From Candidatus Latescibacterota bacterium (GTDB lineage Bacteria > Latescibacterota > UBA2968): a stretch of DNA of 64,000 bases. Both the position numbers and the translations under genes were made by a program. Shown here piece by piece: positions 8,245-18,431 of the stretch (positions within the stretch are counted from its first letter, which is position 1; each line of letters begins with the position of its first letter). A model generated the notes under the pieces. The model was given only the letters and a program-made list of their open reading frames with translations, had not been told where the DNA came from and did no database searches. Where the stretch lies: NCBI GenBank assembly GCA_965116885.1, contig OZ220741.1, positions 2,688,001 through 2,752,000 of the forward strand. Reading direction: 5' to 3'.

Positions 8245-11200
8245 TCAATCTGCGGCGGTGTGGCGATATGGGGATGCGGATTCAATTTGGGGCGCGCCAA
8301 ACCACCGCCAGATCAGGCTGATTAGAACAGGTACAACGACCAGTGTGAGGGCAGTGGCAAATGCGAGACCAAAGATCACAGCCACGCCCATGGGTCCCCA
8401 CCACTGACTGCTGCGTCCCCCAATTTCCCATGAAAATGAAAAAAAGTCAAAACTTATACCCGTGGCAAGGGGCAACAGACCCAGGATAGTGGTTATGGCT
8501 GTGAGAATGACGGGGCGAAATCTTACGACGCCTGCGCGTATGATTGCTTCGCGCGCTGAAAGGCCACGCTGGCGCAATTGCAGGGTATAGCCGATTAGAA
8601 CAATGGCGTTGTTGACAACCACGCCTGCAAGGCTGATCACGCCAATGCCTGTCATGAGAATGCCAAAAGGAGTTCCGGTGACAATCAGGCCGATCAGCAC
8701 GCCGATCATAGACAAAATGACGGATGTGAGAATGGTAAAGGGCAGTGCCAGGGAATTGAATTGCGTAATCAGAATGAGCGCGATGCCCGCCAGTGCTATG
8801 AGTAAGGCTTTGGAAAGAAAGGCAGTGGCTTTTTGCTGTTCTTCATTTTCCCCGGAATAGGCGATCTGATAGCCCGGTGGAAGGGAAAAATTGGATAGAG
8901 CCGCCTGCACATCGCGCATGGCTGCATCAGATGTGCGGTCTTGCACTTTGCCTTCAATGGAGATAACGCGCTTGAGATCTTTGCGCCGAATGCTGCCAAA
9001 TCCCCCGCCCGTTTCTATGCGTGCAACCGCGCTTATGGGTGTGATTTTGCCATCTTTTTCAATAGTTATGCGTTCGAGGTCGGCGAGGGTGTTGCGCTTG
9101 TCGGATTTGAATCTCACGCGAATATCGTATTCGTCTTCGCCCAGCCGATATTCGGATGCTTCTGAACCGTAAACAGCCGAGCGCACTGTAGCGGCAATCA
9201 GGCGCGTATTGAGGCCCGCTATTGCAGCGGCTTCTCGATCTACAACGATGCGGACTTCGGGGCGCCCGCGGTCATAGTCGTCTTTGAGATCGACAACGCC
9301 GGGCACTTCGGCTACGATGCGTTTGATGCGTGCGGATAGTTGTCCCAAAATTTCGAAATTTTCGCCAGATACCTCAACGCTGATGGGAGGGCCTACGGGT
9401 GGTCCGCCGCGCTCCTGGGACAATTCGATTTCAGCGCCGGTCAGATTTTTGAGTTTGTTGCGGATTTCCTCAATGGTTTTAAAAGAGGATTGCTGCCGAA
9501 GGCTTTCATCGACAAAATCAACGGAGATGCGACTGGCATTTGAAACGCCTTCGCCAGACGCGAATTCATCGCCGCCAGAGACACCCACGTTGGCGACATA
9601 GGTTTCAACATCGGGAATATCGGAGAGAATGGATTCGATCTGGCGTGCCAGTTGATCCGATGTTTCGAGGTTTGTGCCAGATGGCGCACGCACATCAATG
9701 TAGGCTGTGTTGGGTTCAATTTCGGGAAAAAATTCGATGCCTCGGCCCAAAAAATAGTACGCCACAATGACGAGGATGAGTGTGCTCGCTGCAAGCGAGA
9801 GGGTTATTCCCGGGTAATTGAGCGCCAGTTCAAGGCGACGCTGATAGGCGTTGAGGCTGCGCTGAAGGCGGGGGGATGTTTCTTTGACCGTTCCTCGCAC
9901 CGTCATGAAAGATGCACAAAATGTGGGATTGAGGACGAGGCCCACGAAGAGGGACGAAGACAGGGTTATGATCAGGGTTATGGGCAAGTATTTCATAAAT
10001 TCGCCCATAATGCCGGGCCAGACAATCATGGGTGCAAAAGCACATAATGTCGTCAGTGTCGAGGTTATCACAGGCCAGGCGACTTCTCCTGTGCCTTCCA
10101 GCGCCCCCTGGACGGGAGATTGGCCTTCTTGCCGGTGGCGATATATATTTTCGACAATGACGATGGCATTATCCACGAGCATGCCGAGTGCGAGGATCAG
10201 GCTAAACAAAACGATCATATTGAGTGTGATGCCCATAATAGAGATGATGATAAAGGCAATGAGCATAGAGAGAGGAATGGCGATACCGACAAAAAAGGCA
10301 TTGCGTAAGCCCAGGAAAAATAGAAGCACCAGAATGACGAGGATCAGGCCGGATACGATATTGTTTTCGAGATCTTTGACCATCATGCGAATGTCTTCAG
10401 ACTGGTCGCCCAAAATGGTGATTTGCGTGCCTGCGGGAAGGGTGGGTTTCAAATCGTCGAGCGCGATTTTAATCTGATCTGCGATGGCAATCAGATTTTC
10501 ACCGCTGCGCTTGACAATTTCAAGGCTCACACTGGGCTTGTGGTTGAGGCGAGCGTAATTTGCGCGATCCTTAAATCCATATACAACATCGGCAACATCG
10601 CGGATATAGACCGGGCGGCCTTGCGACGCTTTGATGAGAAGGTCGCCAATCTGGGGAACGGTTTCAAGTTCGCCGGGCACGCGTACGGCGTATTTGTACG
10701 CGCCTATATCCACGCTGCCGCCGGGAAGGGTCAAGTTTTCGCGCTGGATGGCTTCTATTACGTCCTGGATGGCGAGTTTGTAGGCGATGAGGCGGTCGGG
10801 ATCGACATCGACTTTGACTTCGTGTTCGAGACCGCCGACCACGCGTACTTCGAGGATGCCGGGGATGGTTTCGATATGATCGGAAAAGTCTTCGGCAATT
10901 TCTTTGAGCCGAATCAGCCCATAGTCGGCCGACAATGCGACGATCATCATGGGAATATTGGAAAAGTTGACTTCGAGAACCACGGGATCTTCTGCATCAT
11001 CGGGTAGTTCTGTTTTTGCGAGATCGACCTTGTCTTTGACGCGCTGGAGTGCATTGTCAATATCGGCATTGGGATTAAATTCGACTGTAATTGACGAAGC
11101 GCCTTCGACCGAACTCGAGCGGATCACTTTGACGTTTTCAATGGATTGAAGTTCTTTTTCCAAAGGTCGGGTAATGAGGTTTTCAACATCCTGAGGCGAG

Positions 11201-11361
11201 GCTCCGATATACGGCGTGCTGACGATGATGAGGGGTATGGTAATATCCGGCGCGGCTTCGCGAGGAAGCGACAGATAGGCCGAGATGCCCGAGATGATGA
11301 GGATGCCGACAAAGACGTAAACGGTGATGCGATGTTTGAGTGCGTATGCGGTAATGGTCAT
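8245..11361 (-). CDS. RND efflux permease (AcrB/AcrD/AcrF family)
   Basis: 1038 aa with a 12-TM pattern, GMLVDNAIVIVENIYR, RFRPVILTAITTILGLLPLA. Start overlaps the MFP stop. Confidence 0.95.
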   Translation of the reverse strand: MTITAYALKHRITVYVFVGILIISGISAYLSLPREAAPDITIPLIIVSTPYIGASPQDVENLITRPLEKELQSIENVKVIRSSSVEGASSITVEFNPNADIDNALQRVKDKVDLAKTELPDDAEDPVVLEVNFSNIPMMIVALSADYGLIRLKEIAEDFSDHIETIPGILEVRVVGGLEHEVKVDVDPDRLIAYKLAIQDVIEAIQRENLTLPGGSVDIGAYKYAVRVPGELETVPQIGDLLIKASQGRPVYIRDVADVVYGFKDRANYARLNHKPSVSLEIVKRSGENLIAIADQIKIALDDLKPTLPAGTQITILGDQSEDIRMMVKDLENNIVSGLILVILVLLFFLGLRNAFFVGIAIPLSMLIAFIIISIMGITLNMIVLFSLILALGMLVDNAIVIVENIYRHRQEGQSPVQGALEGTGEVAWPVITSTLTTLCAFAPMIVWPGIMGEFMKYLPITLIITLSSSLFVGLVLNPTFCASFMTVRGTVKETSPRLQRSLNAYQRRLELALNYPGITLSLAASTLILVIVAYYFLGRGIEFFPEIEPNTAYIDVRAPSGTNLETSDQLARQIESILSDIPDVETYVANVGVSGGDEFASGEGVSNASRISVDFVDESLRQQSSFKTIEEIRNKLKNLTGAEIELSQERGGPPVGPPISVEVSGENFEILGQLSARIKRIVAEVPGVVDLKDDYDRGRPEVRIVVDREAAAIAGLNTRLIAATVRSAVYGSEASEYRLGEDEYDIRVRFKSDKRNTLADLERITIEKDGKITPISAVARIETGGGFGSIRRKDLKRVISIEGKVQDRTSDAAMRDVQAALSNFSLPPGYQIAYSGENEEQQKATAFLSKALLIALAGIALILITQFNSLALPFTILTSVILSMIGVLIGLIVTGTPFGILMTGIGVISLAGVVVNNAIVLIGYTLQLRQRGLSAREAIIRAGVVRFRPVILTAITTILGLLPLATGISFDFFSFSWEIGGRSSQWWGPMGVAVIFGLAFATALTLVVVPVLISLIWRWFGAPQIESASPYRHTAAD

Positions 11362-12407
11362 GGGATGGATTCCGCATATTTTATTGCCACGCGATCGCCA
11401 TCAATGAGGTCTCGTCCGCCTTTGACGACGATCTGATCGCCAAAGGAAAGACCCTTTTGGACGACGACGCGCTCGGCTTCCGATGGGCCCAGGATGAGCG
11501 GGCGCATAAGGGCCATGTCGTTTTTTACGGCAAAGGCTACAGGCCCAGTTTCGCGTTCGATAATGGCTTCGCGGGGAATGACGACGGCATGCTGGTGAAT
11601 GCGCCGCACAGCTTTCAGCGTGCCGATCATGCCGGGGCGAATATGCCCTGTTGGATTGGGCAAGTAGATTTCAATGGGAAAAACTCTCTGGTTTGTATCT
11701 GCTGCTGGACCAACATGGGCGATTGTGCCCTCATAAGTCTGGTGCGGCATAGCATCGAGGATGAGGGTGACGAAACTGCCTTCGGCGAAGTCAATGATTT
11801 CGCTTTCAGCTACCCAGGCCTCAATGCGCAGGCTGTCGGTTTGTACGAGGCGAAATGTTGCGTCACCTCGCGTGATATGTTGCCCTTGTGAGAGGTGCCG
11901 CTTTGCAATAGTGCCTGAAAACGGCGCTTGTATCTGCCCATAAGAGAGCCGGTGTTTTAAGGTCTGCGCTGTTGATTTGGCTTTTTGAAAGTCGTATTCT
12001 GTGGCAAAATACGCCTGTTCGGAAATTGATCCTTCCGAGAAAAGTTGTTTGCTGCGCTCGTAATTGTAGGTTTGAAACTTGAGATTGGCCTCGGCTTCGA
12101 TCAATGCAGCTTGTAGAAGCTCCAGGTTGAGTTGTGCGAGATGCTCTTCTCGTTTGACGTAATCACCCACATCTTTGTACGTGTTGATAACCTCGCCAGA
12201 TTCGAGCGCGCTAATCGTCACATCGCGCCAGGCTTTTACTGTGGCAGACAGCCTGCTGTATTGGATGAGCGAATCGGGTTTGATTACAAATGTAGATACA
12301 TTGGTGGTGCGCTCTGTGGGCATTTCTTTTTGCGCCGAAGATTCGTCGCCACAGCCCAGATGAACCGCGATCAAAAGACAGGGTATTAAAAGCCTGTACA
12401 AATTCAT
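11358..12407 (-). CDS. RND periplasmic adaptor (membrane fusion protein), lipoprotein
   Basis: Lipobox HLGC, IQAPFSGTI, IRPGM, GDQIVVKG. Confidence 0.92.
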   Translation of the reverse strand: MNLYRLLIPCLLIAVHLGCGDESSAQKEMPTERTTNVSTFVIKPDSLIQYSRLSATVKAWRDVTISALESGEVINTYKDVGDYVKREEHLAQLNLELLQAALIEAEANLKFQTYNYERSKQLFSEGSISEQAYFATEYDFQKAKSTAQTLKHRLSYGQIQAPFSGTIAKRHLSQGQHITRGDATFRLVQTDSLRIEAWVAESEIIDFAEGSFVTLILDAMPHQTYEGTIAHVGPAADTNQRVFPIEIYLPNPTGHIRPGMIGTLKAVRRIHQHAVVIPREAIIERETGPVAFAVKNDMALMRPLILGPSEAERVVVQKGLSFGDQIVVKGGRDLIDGDRVAIKYAESIP

Positions 12408-13753
12408 GGTTGCTCCTCTTCACCCAAAATGCCCGTACTGAGTTCTAAATGTACGAGGGCGACCGCAAGATCTCGCTTTGCGCGCGCGAGTTCGGCTTCG
12501 GCGCGTTGTAAGGTGAGTTGTCCATCGATGACTTCGATCTGGGTGCCAACGCCGTTTTCATAACGCGATTCCGCGATTTCCAGGCCCCGACGGGCGAGAT
12601 CAACGGCCTGTATCTGCGCGCTTTTTTTTGCGCGAACTTCGAGGAAAGTGCGCCACGCCTGCAGGACGTTGAAACGCACATCGCGCTCGGTCAGTTTTTG
12701 CATCAGTTCGGATTGCCGCGTGTCTGAGCGGGCTTGCGCAACCTGTGCACTTGTGCGAAAGCCATCGAATATGGGAATGTTGATGGCGATACCCGAAAAC
12801 CAGCTCTGGTGAAAATCGTCTTTTACAAAATCAAATTCGTTTTTTTGCGCCTGCCATTGTCCATTGACAATCAAATCTACAGTAGGGCGGGATTCTGCAC
12901 GGGCAATGGTCTCCGCGTGCTGGCGCATTTCGACCTCGATACGGTACTGGCTTATAATGGGATTCATTTGCATTGAGAGGTCAATCAGGACTGTCTCAGT
13001 ACTGGTCGATAAAAGGTGGGATTTTTCGCGAAAAGTCCCGTGAGGTGTAATGGGTTCATTGGGGTCAATGCCGATCTGGTTTTTGAACGCGAGATCTGCC
13101 AATACACGCACATTTTCCGTACTTATGGAATCGGTCAGCAGTTCGGCGACCTGTACCTGTGCACGCAATAAATCGTAGTCCGATACGCGCCCTGCCTCGC
13201 GCAATTTTTCGACGCGTCTGAAATTTGCACGCGCACGCGCTACAGAAGATTTGCTGACGCGCGTGAGTTCCCGAGCCAGTAGCAGGTCGTAAAAAGCCGT
13301 TTCGACCTGGGTGTGTAATCGCTGCTTTGCAGCACGCATCTTTTCTATCGAAAATTGTTGGAACAGACGCGCAACGCGCATGGCAGAAAAAGATTTGCCT
13401 CCGCCCCAAATAGATTGTCGAATGCCAACCGTGCCGATGAGATTATTGTGTGCTCCTATGGTAAATTGTTGCTGGCCTGCTGGCGTATCAAAAAAAAAGG
13501 TGGGCAGCAACCAGTTGCGCGTGTACTGCATGGTGATATCAAGCTGGGGCAGAACATCGGCTACTGCATGGCGAACCTGTTGGCGTGATTTGTCCAGGTC
13601 TTCGCGCGCAATTAGCAGGTCTTCATTGTGCAATAGCGCGTATTGCAAACTCTCTTCGAGTGTAATAGACCGGGAATAGGCTCTGGGGAGCACGAGAAAA
13701 AGGAACAGAAGGCCGATGGTACATAGCCATCGACAAAGAGATATATAGTCCAT
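12404..13753 (-). CDS. TolC-family outer membrane efflux protein
   Basis: ITLEESLQYAL, IPIFDGF, RYENGVGTQIEVID. First gene of an overlapping three-gene operon. Confidence 0.92.
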   Translation of the reverse strand: MDYISLCRWLCTIGLLFLFLVLPRAYSRSITLEESLQYALLHNEDLLIAREDLDKSRQQVRHAVADVLPQLDITMQYTRNWLLPTFFFDTPAGQQQFTIGAHNNLIGTVGIRQSIWGGGKSFSAMRVARLFQQFSIEKMRAAKQRLHTQVETAFYDLLLARELTRVSKSSVARARANFRRVEKLREAGRVSDYDLLRAQVQVAELLTDSISTENVRVLADLAFKNQIGIDPNEPITPHGTFREKSHLLSTSTETVLIDLSMQMNPIISQYRIEVEMRQHAETIARAESRPTVDLIVNGQWQAQKNEFDFVKDDFHQSWFSGIAINIPIFDGFRTSAQVAQARSDTRQSELMQKLTERDVRFNVLQAWRTFLEVRAKKSAQIQAVDLARRGLEIAESRYENGVGTQIEVIDGQLTLQRAEAELARAKRDLAVALVHLELSTGILGEEEQP

Positions 13754-13801
13754 CGATATTTGGAGGGCGTTAAATTCAGGTCGAGATGTTATTTATTTGA
13801 A

Positions 13802-13831
13802 AATCTACAGGGTTTTGCCATGTGATGTCAA
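13802..13831 (-). promoter_or_regulatory. Putative sigma-70 promoter for the efflux operon
   Basis: Minus strand TTGACA-18 nt-TAGATT, about 50 nt before the TolC start. Confidence 0.5.
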
Positions 13832-13837
13832 GGCGTT

Positions 13838-14710
13838 TCACAAACTGATACGGCAGACGCTGTCCGATAGCGCCAATGCCTGGACAGTTTCTGCGACATC
13901 GTGAACTCTTACAATGTGTATTCCTGCTGTTGCACTCAATGTAATGGCAGCGATGCTGCCCGGTAGGCGCTCGTGAGGCAGACTTTGTGGCGCGGTAAAT
14001 TGCTTGCGCGATGCACCTATGAGAAGGGGATATCCCAGCGTGTGAAAATCGGATAGTCGGGCGAGTATTTCGATATTGTGCGCGTATTTTTTGCCAAATC
14101 CCAGTCCGGGATCAATTGCAATCTGAGATCGGGAAATGCCCATCGCCCTTGCGCTGTCGATTTGTGCGCTTAAAAAGTCGAGAATATCGGACACGACATC
14201 GTCGTACACAGGGTTCTGCTGCATGGTTGAGGGCGTTCCCCGCATGTGCATCAGGACGACAGCAACTCCCGTTTCTGCGATCAGATGCATCATGCCGGTG
14301 TCAAACCGCAGGGCACTGATGTCGTTGACAATGGTGGCGCCGTTGTCAATGGCCTGTCGGGCGACTTCGGATTTGGTTGTGTCTATGGAGATGGGTACGT
14401 CGAGTTGTGGGGCAATAGCCTCAATAATGGGAATGGTGCGGTCCAGTTCTTCTTTTAGAGAGATAACGGCCGCCCCTTTGCCATAAGGCCCGGCTGGACG
14501 AGATGATTCACCCCCAATATCGATTATATCGGCACCTGCTTCAACCAGTGCCCATGCTCGTTCAATCGCTTTGCGCGGTTCAAAATAAAGGCCGCCGTCT
14601 GAGAACGAGTCTGGCGTGACATTGAGAACGCCCATCACGAGTGTTCGATGACCCAATTGAAGGGGTGTGCCACAGCATGAAAGCCGGTAAATAGGGCGTA
14701 TGTGTTTCAT
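13838..14710 (-). CDS. folP: Dihydropteroate synthase
   Basis: MGVLNVTPDSFSDGG, IDIGGESSRP, IDPGLGFGK, GASRK, RVHDV. Start placed at ATG 14710 because the longer ORF runs through the ftsH 3' end. Confidence 0.95.
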   Translation of the reverse strand: MKHIRPIYRLSCCGTPLQLGHRTLVMGVLNVTPDSFSDGGLYFEPRKAIERAWALVEAGADIIDIGGESSRPAGPYGKGAAVISLKEELDRTIPIIEAIAPQLDVPISIDTTKSEVARQAIDNGATIVNDISALRFDTGMMHLIAETGVAVVLMHMRGTPSTMQQNPVYDDVVSDILDFLSAQIDSARAMGISRSQIAIDPGLGFGKKYAHNIEILARLSDFHTLGYPLLIGASRKQFTAPQSLPHERLPGSIAAITLSATAGIHIVRVHDVAETVQALALSDSVCRISL

Positions 14711-14724
14711 TGGGACGGTGTAAG

Positions 14725-14758
14725 AAAAAAAGAGATGGCAAACGCCATCTCTTTTTTT
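14725..14758 (-). terminator. Intrinsic terminator after ftsH
   Basis: AAAAAAAGAGATGGC-AAAC-GCCATCTCTTTTTTT, a perfect hairpin with A/T tracts on both sides. Confidence 0.75.
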
Positions 14759-16882
14759 AGTTATCTGATGGTTGTTTTTCTTGTTCAGGGGTGTGCTTTT
14801 CCGAGGTTTGGTCTTCCTGTTCTTCTTCCAATTTTTCTGGCTGTTTTGCAGGTTCAACTGGTTTTTCGAGTGTTTTGCCTTCTAATAACTGGTTGAGTTG
14901 TACATCGTCGAGGGTTTCAAATTCCAGCAGCGCTTTGGCGAGGATGTGGACTTTGTCGATGTTATCACTGAGCAATTGTTCGGCTCGAGACTCGGCTTTG
15001 ATTACGAAGTTTTTGATTTCCTCATCGATCATTTCGGCCACTCGGTCGCTGTGATCTCGACGTTGTGCCATTTCGCGCCCGAGGAATATTTCGTCGTTTT
15101 GCTGCCCATAAGCAATGGGACCCAGTTTGGGACTCATGCCCCAATCGCAAACCATTTGCCGGGCGAGATTGGTGGCCATGCGGTAGTCTTGTTGCCCGCC
15201 TGTTGTGATTTCGCCAAAGACGAGTTTTTCGGCAATTCTGCCACCCAGGGCGTAAGCGAGAACCGCTTCACAATAACTCTGGGGATAAGTGTGGCGCTCA
15301 TCGATGGGGAGGGTGTGTGTGACACCGAGGGCACGCCCGCGAGGAATGATGGTCACTTTGTGCAGAGGATCGCTTTCTGGTATGAGTTTTGCTACCAGTG
15401 CGTGACCAATTTCGTGATAGGACGTGAGGCGTTTTTCTTTGTCGGAAATGACCAGGCTGCGTCGCTCTGCACCCATCATGACTTTGTCTTTGGCATCTTC
15501 AAAGTCGCTCATGGTTACGCGGTCTCGATTATTTCTGGAAGCGAGAAGAGCGGCTTCGTTGACCAGGTTGGCGAGGTCTGCTCCTGCCAGTCCGGGGGTT
15601 CCTCGCGCCAGCACCTGTAAGTTGACGTCGTCGGAGAGAGGTGTGTTGCGGGTATGGACTTTTAGAATACCTTCGCGTCCTCTAACATCGGGACGATCCA
15701 CCACGACCTGACGGTCGAAGCGCCCGGGTCGCAACAGCGCGGGGTCGAGCACGTCGGGGCGGTTGGTAGCTGCGATGAGGATGAGGCCCTCTTTGGATTC
15801 AAAACCATCCATCTCAACCAGGAGTTGATTGAGGGTTTGCTCGCGCTCGTCGTGACCGCCTCCAATACCTGCGCCGCGGTGCCGTCCCACGGCATCTATT
15901 TCGTCGATAAAAATGATACACGGGGCGTGATTTTTCCCCTGTTCAAAGAGATCGCGCACACGCGAAGCACCTACGCCGACAAACATTTCGACAAAATCTG
16001 AGCCGCTCATTAAAAAGAATGGGACACCCGCTTCGCCTGAAACGGCGCGTGCCATGTGCGTTTTGCCCGTACCGGGGGGACCAACGAGGAGTACGCCTTT
16101 TGGAATGCGCCCACCCAGACGTTGAAATTTGCGCGGATCTTTCAGAAATTCGATGATTTCCTGTAGTTCTTGCTTGGCTTCTTCGGCACCTGCAACGTCT
16201 TTGAATGTGATTGTTGTTTTATCTTCAGAGATGAGCTTTGCTTTGCTTTTGCCAAAGCTAAACGCACCTTTGGGACCTCCTTGCATCTGACGCAAAATGA
16301 AAAGCCAAAGCCCTATGAACAGGAGCCACGGCAAAAAATTAAAAAATATGTTGAGCCAGTTGGAGGGTTTTTGAAAGCGAAAGTCAACGCCGTATTTGAG
16401 CCATTCTTCGCGGGTCTGGGCATCTACAACGCCCAGGTCAACGACAAAATCGCGAAAAGTGTGCTGTTGTCTTCGCCCCGGCGGGGTAAGCTCTTCTGCG
16501 ACGAGGTGGCCGTGAAATTCGTTATCAATAATGATCGCGCTCTGGATTTTTCCCTCTTCGAGGAGCATTTTGTACTCTTTATAGCTGAGTACGACATCGC
16601 TGGAAGGGGAATTGCCAAAAAATTTGGAAGCAAAAATGATAACCAGCAAAAAAAAGACCCAGAAAGCCAGTGGTTTTGAGATGCGCCGCCAGGGCCACTT
16701 GCCATTCTCCGAAGCCCCATTGCTATCAGCATTATCCCGATTGAGTACAGACAAGTTGGGTCGCCGCTCTTTTTTTCTTCAGGCGCTTCATCTTCGGGCT
16801 GTGTGGGAGTGCGATCAGGCGTCTCGTCGGATGACTGTGTTTCTTCATCCGGTTTCGAGTCCCTGTCTTTGGGGTCGGTCAT
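14757..16882 (-). CDS. ftsH: ATP-dependent zinc metalloprotease FtsH; apparent 1-nt frameshift at 16770-16776
   Basis: Two TMs, [28 protein letters not shown]. The main ORF is 14757..16754. The SD-preceded ATG at 16882, overlapping the tilS stop, is in another frame and joins the main ORF at an A7 run. Confidence 0.95.
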
Positions 16883-18312
16883 AAATGCCTCTTTTCGCAT
16901 TGTGTGATCATGCTACTATAGGTTGCTTTGAGCACGCGCCGGGTATCTGGCGTGATCGGTGCGATCTGTGAACGCCGAAGTCCAACGACCCACAAAATGG
17001 TTGCACCGCTCACCAGAAGTGGTATTTCGCCGCGCAGTGGGCGGGGTATTTTGCTATCGCCGAGCAGTCTGCTGACTTTTTTTTTCCCCTGCATGCCAAA
17101 AGGGTGAAACCAATCGCCCTGCCTGGGTGAACGGAGATACAACGACCGGTTGGGAAGTTGATCCAGGTCAAAAAAGACGGTGTGTTTCGCTGTCTTTGAA
17201 CTGCTGATACAGTTGTACACCGCTTGCAGATGCTCACGGTTGACCCGGTTTAATATATTCATTGAGAATTTGCCGTTGATATCGAGCGGCACATCGGGTT
17301 CAACCAAAAAGCAGTAAGCTCGGGCGGGTTGGGTTATAATGAGTGTGTCATGCGTGCGATAAGCTGAGATTTCTGGCGTTATTTGAACGCTGCGTCCAGG
17401 AGTGGAAGAAATTTCGAGAATGCGTTCAACAACCTGGAAACGCGCGGCTTCGACACTGGCCTGGAGGGCAAAGAGCACCTTCCGAATCAGACGACGCCGA
17501 AGTGATATATGATAACCGAAAAATCGCCTAACATCAAGGATAAATTTTCGATTGTCGCGGTACAGGAGGGTTTCCGAAAGTGCCTGTTCCGCAATGTTTT
17601 CGAGGTGTGCATCGTCATTTTGCAGCAAGGTTGCCGAACGTGAAAGCAGGTCTTCGATTTGAGGATTGTATGCCTTTTGCAAGTGGGGTATCAGATCTGT
17701 GCGAATGCGATTGCGCAGAAATTTCGGATCGCTATTTGTCTCATCGTGCAGCACCTGCAAATTGTGGGTGCGTACATAAGATTCAATTTCCGATCTGGAA
17801 AATGAGAGCAGAGGACGAATCCAACATGATTCTGAAATTGGACGCATACCACCCAATCCGGTGAGTCCTGCACCTCGAACAAGGCGCAGCAGAACGGTTT
17901 CTGCCTGATCGCTTTTTGTATGGCCAAGTGCGATCCGGTTTGCGCCGGTTTTTTGTTTTACGGTGTCGAGAAATGCCCGTCGTGCATCGCGCGCTGCTTC
18001 TTCGAGAGATTGCTTTTTATCTTTTGCCCGCTGCACAACATCTTCCTTTTCGATATAGATGGGATAGTTTCGGGCGATCTGTTTGACAAACGCGACATCG
18101 CTGTCGGCATTGGGGCGAAGTTGATGATTGAGATGTGCGATATAAAGAGTGAGGTGCCATTTTGATTTGAGGCGGTGGAGAAGGTCGAATAAAGTAACGG
18201 AGTCGGGACCGCCAGATAGGGCTACGACCACCCCATCTCCTATTGTGAGGAGGCGTTCTTGTTGGATATAGGCTTCAACGCGATGTAGAATATCCATTTC
18301 TCGAACGGACAT
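16879..18312 (-). CDS. tilS: tRNA(Ile)-lysidine synthetase
   Basis: VALSGGPDS, HLNHQLR, GHTKSDQAET, RNRIR, C-terminal TilS_C-like region. Start may be 18297. Confidence 0.95.
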   Translation of the reverse strand: MSVREMDILHRVEAYIQQERLLTIGDGVVVALSGGPDSVTLFDLLHRLKSKWHLTLYIAHLNHQLRPNADSDVAFVKQIARNYPIYIEKEDVVQRAKDKKQSLEEAARDARRAFLDTVKQKTGANRIALGHTKSDQAETVLLRLVRGAGLTGLGGMRPISESCWIRPLLSFSRSEIESYVRTHNLQVLHDETNSDPKFLRNRIRTDLIPHLQKAYNPQIEDLLSRSATLLQNDDAHLENIAEQALSETLLYRDNRKFILDVRRFFGYHISLRRRLIRKVLFALQASVEAARFQVVERILEISSTPGRSVQITPEISAYRTHDTLIITQPARAYCFLVEPDVPLDINGKFSMNILNRVNREHLQAVYNCISSSKTAKHTVFFDLDQLPNRSLYLRSPRQGDWFHPFGMQGKKKVSRLLGDSKIPRPLRGEIPLLVSGATILWVVGLRRSQIAPITPDTRRVLKATYSSMITQCEKRHL

Positions 18313-18386
18313 GCCGAGTTCCAGTTTGCAAGTGTTTGGACGCGCGAATAGGGTCTGAAGTTTCTCGGATTACTTATGGTAAATAT

Positions 18387-18419
18387 AAAAAAAATCGGCT
18401 GTGGATTTACAGCCGATTT
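18387..18419 (-). terminator. Intrinsic terminator
   Basis: Minus strand AAATCGGCTGT-AAATCC-ACAGCCGATTTTTTTT after the 18432 gene. Confidence 0.7.
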
Positions 18420-18431
18420 ATACGCGTGTGA

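Noticed and set aside
8245..11361. RND proton-relay residues read DN and N rather than DD and K
   Set aside because: To my knowledge this variant is common in this permease subgroup, so it is not evidence of novelty.
14711..14857. N-terminal extension of FolP in the ORF track
   Set aside because: It overlaps the ftsH 3' end and its terminator, so it is an open-frame artefact.
16424..16900. 158-aa ORF as an independent gene
   Set aside because: Only its first part looks real (the displaced FtsH N-terminus). The rest is an off-frame read of ftsH.
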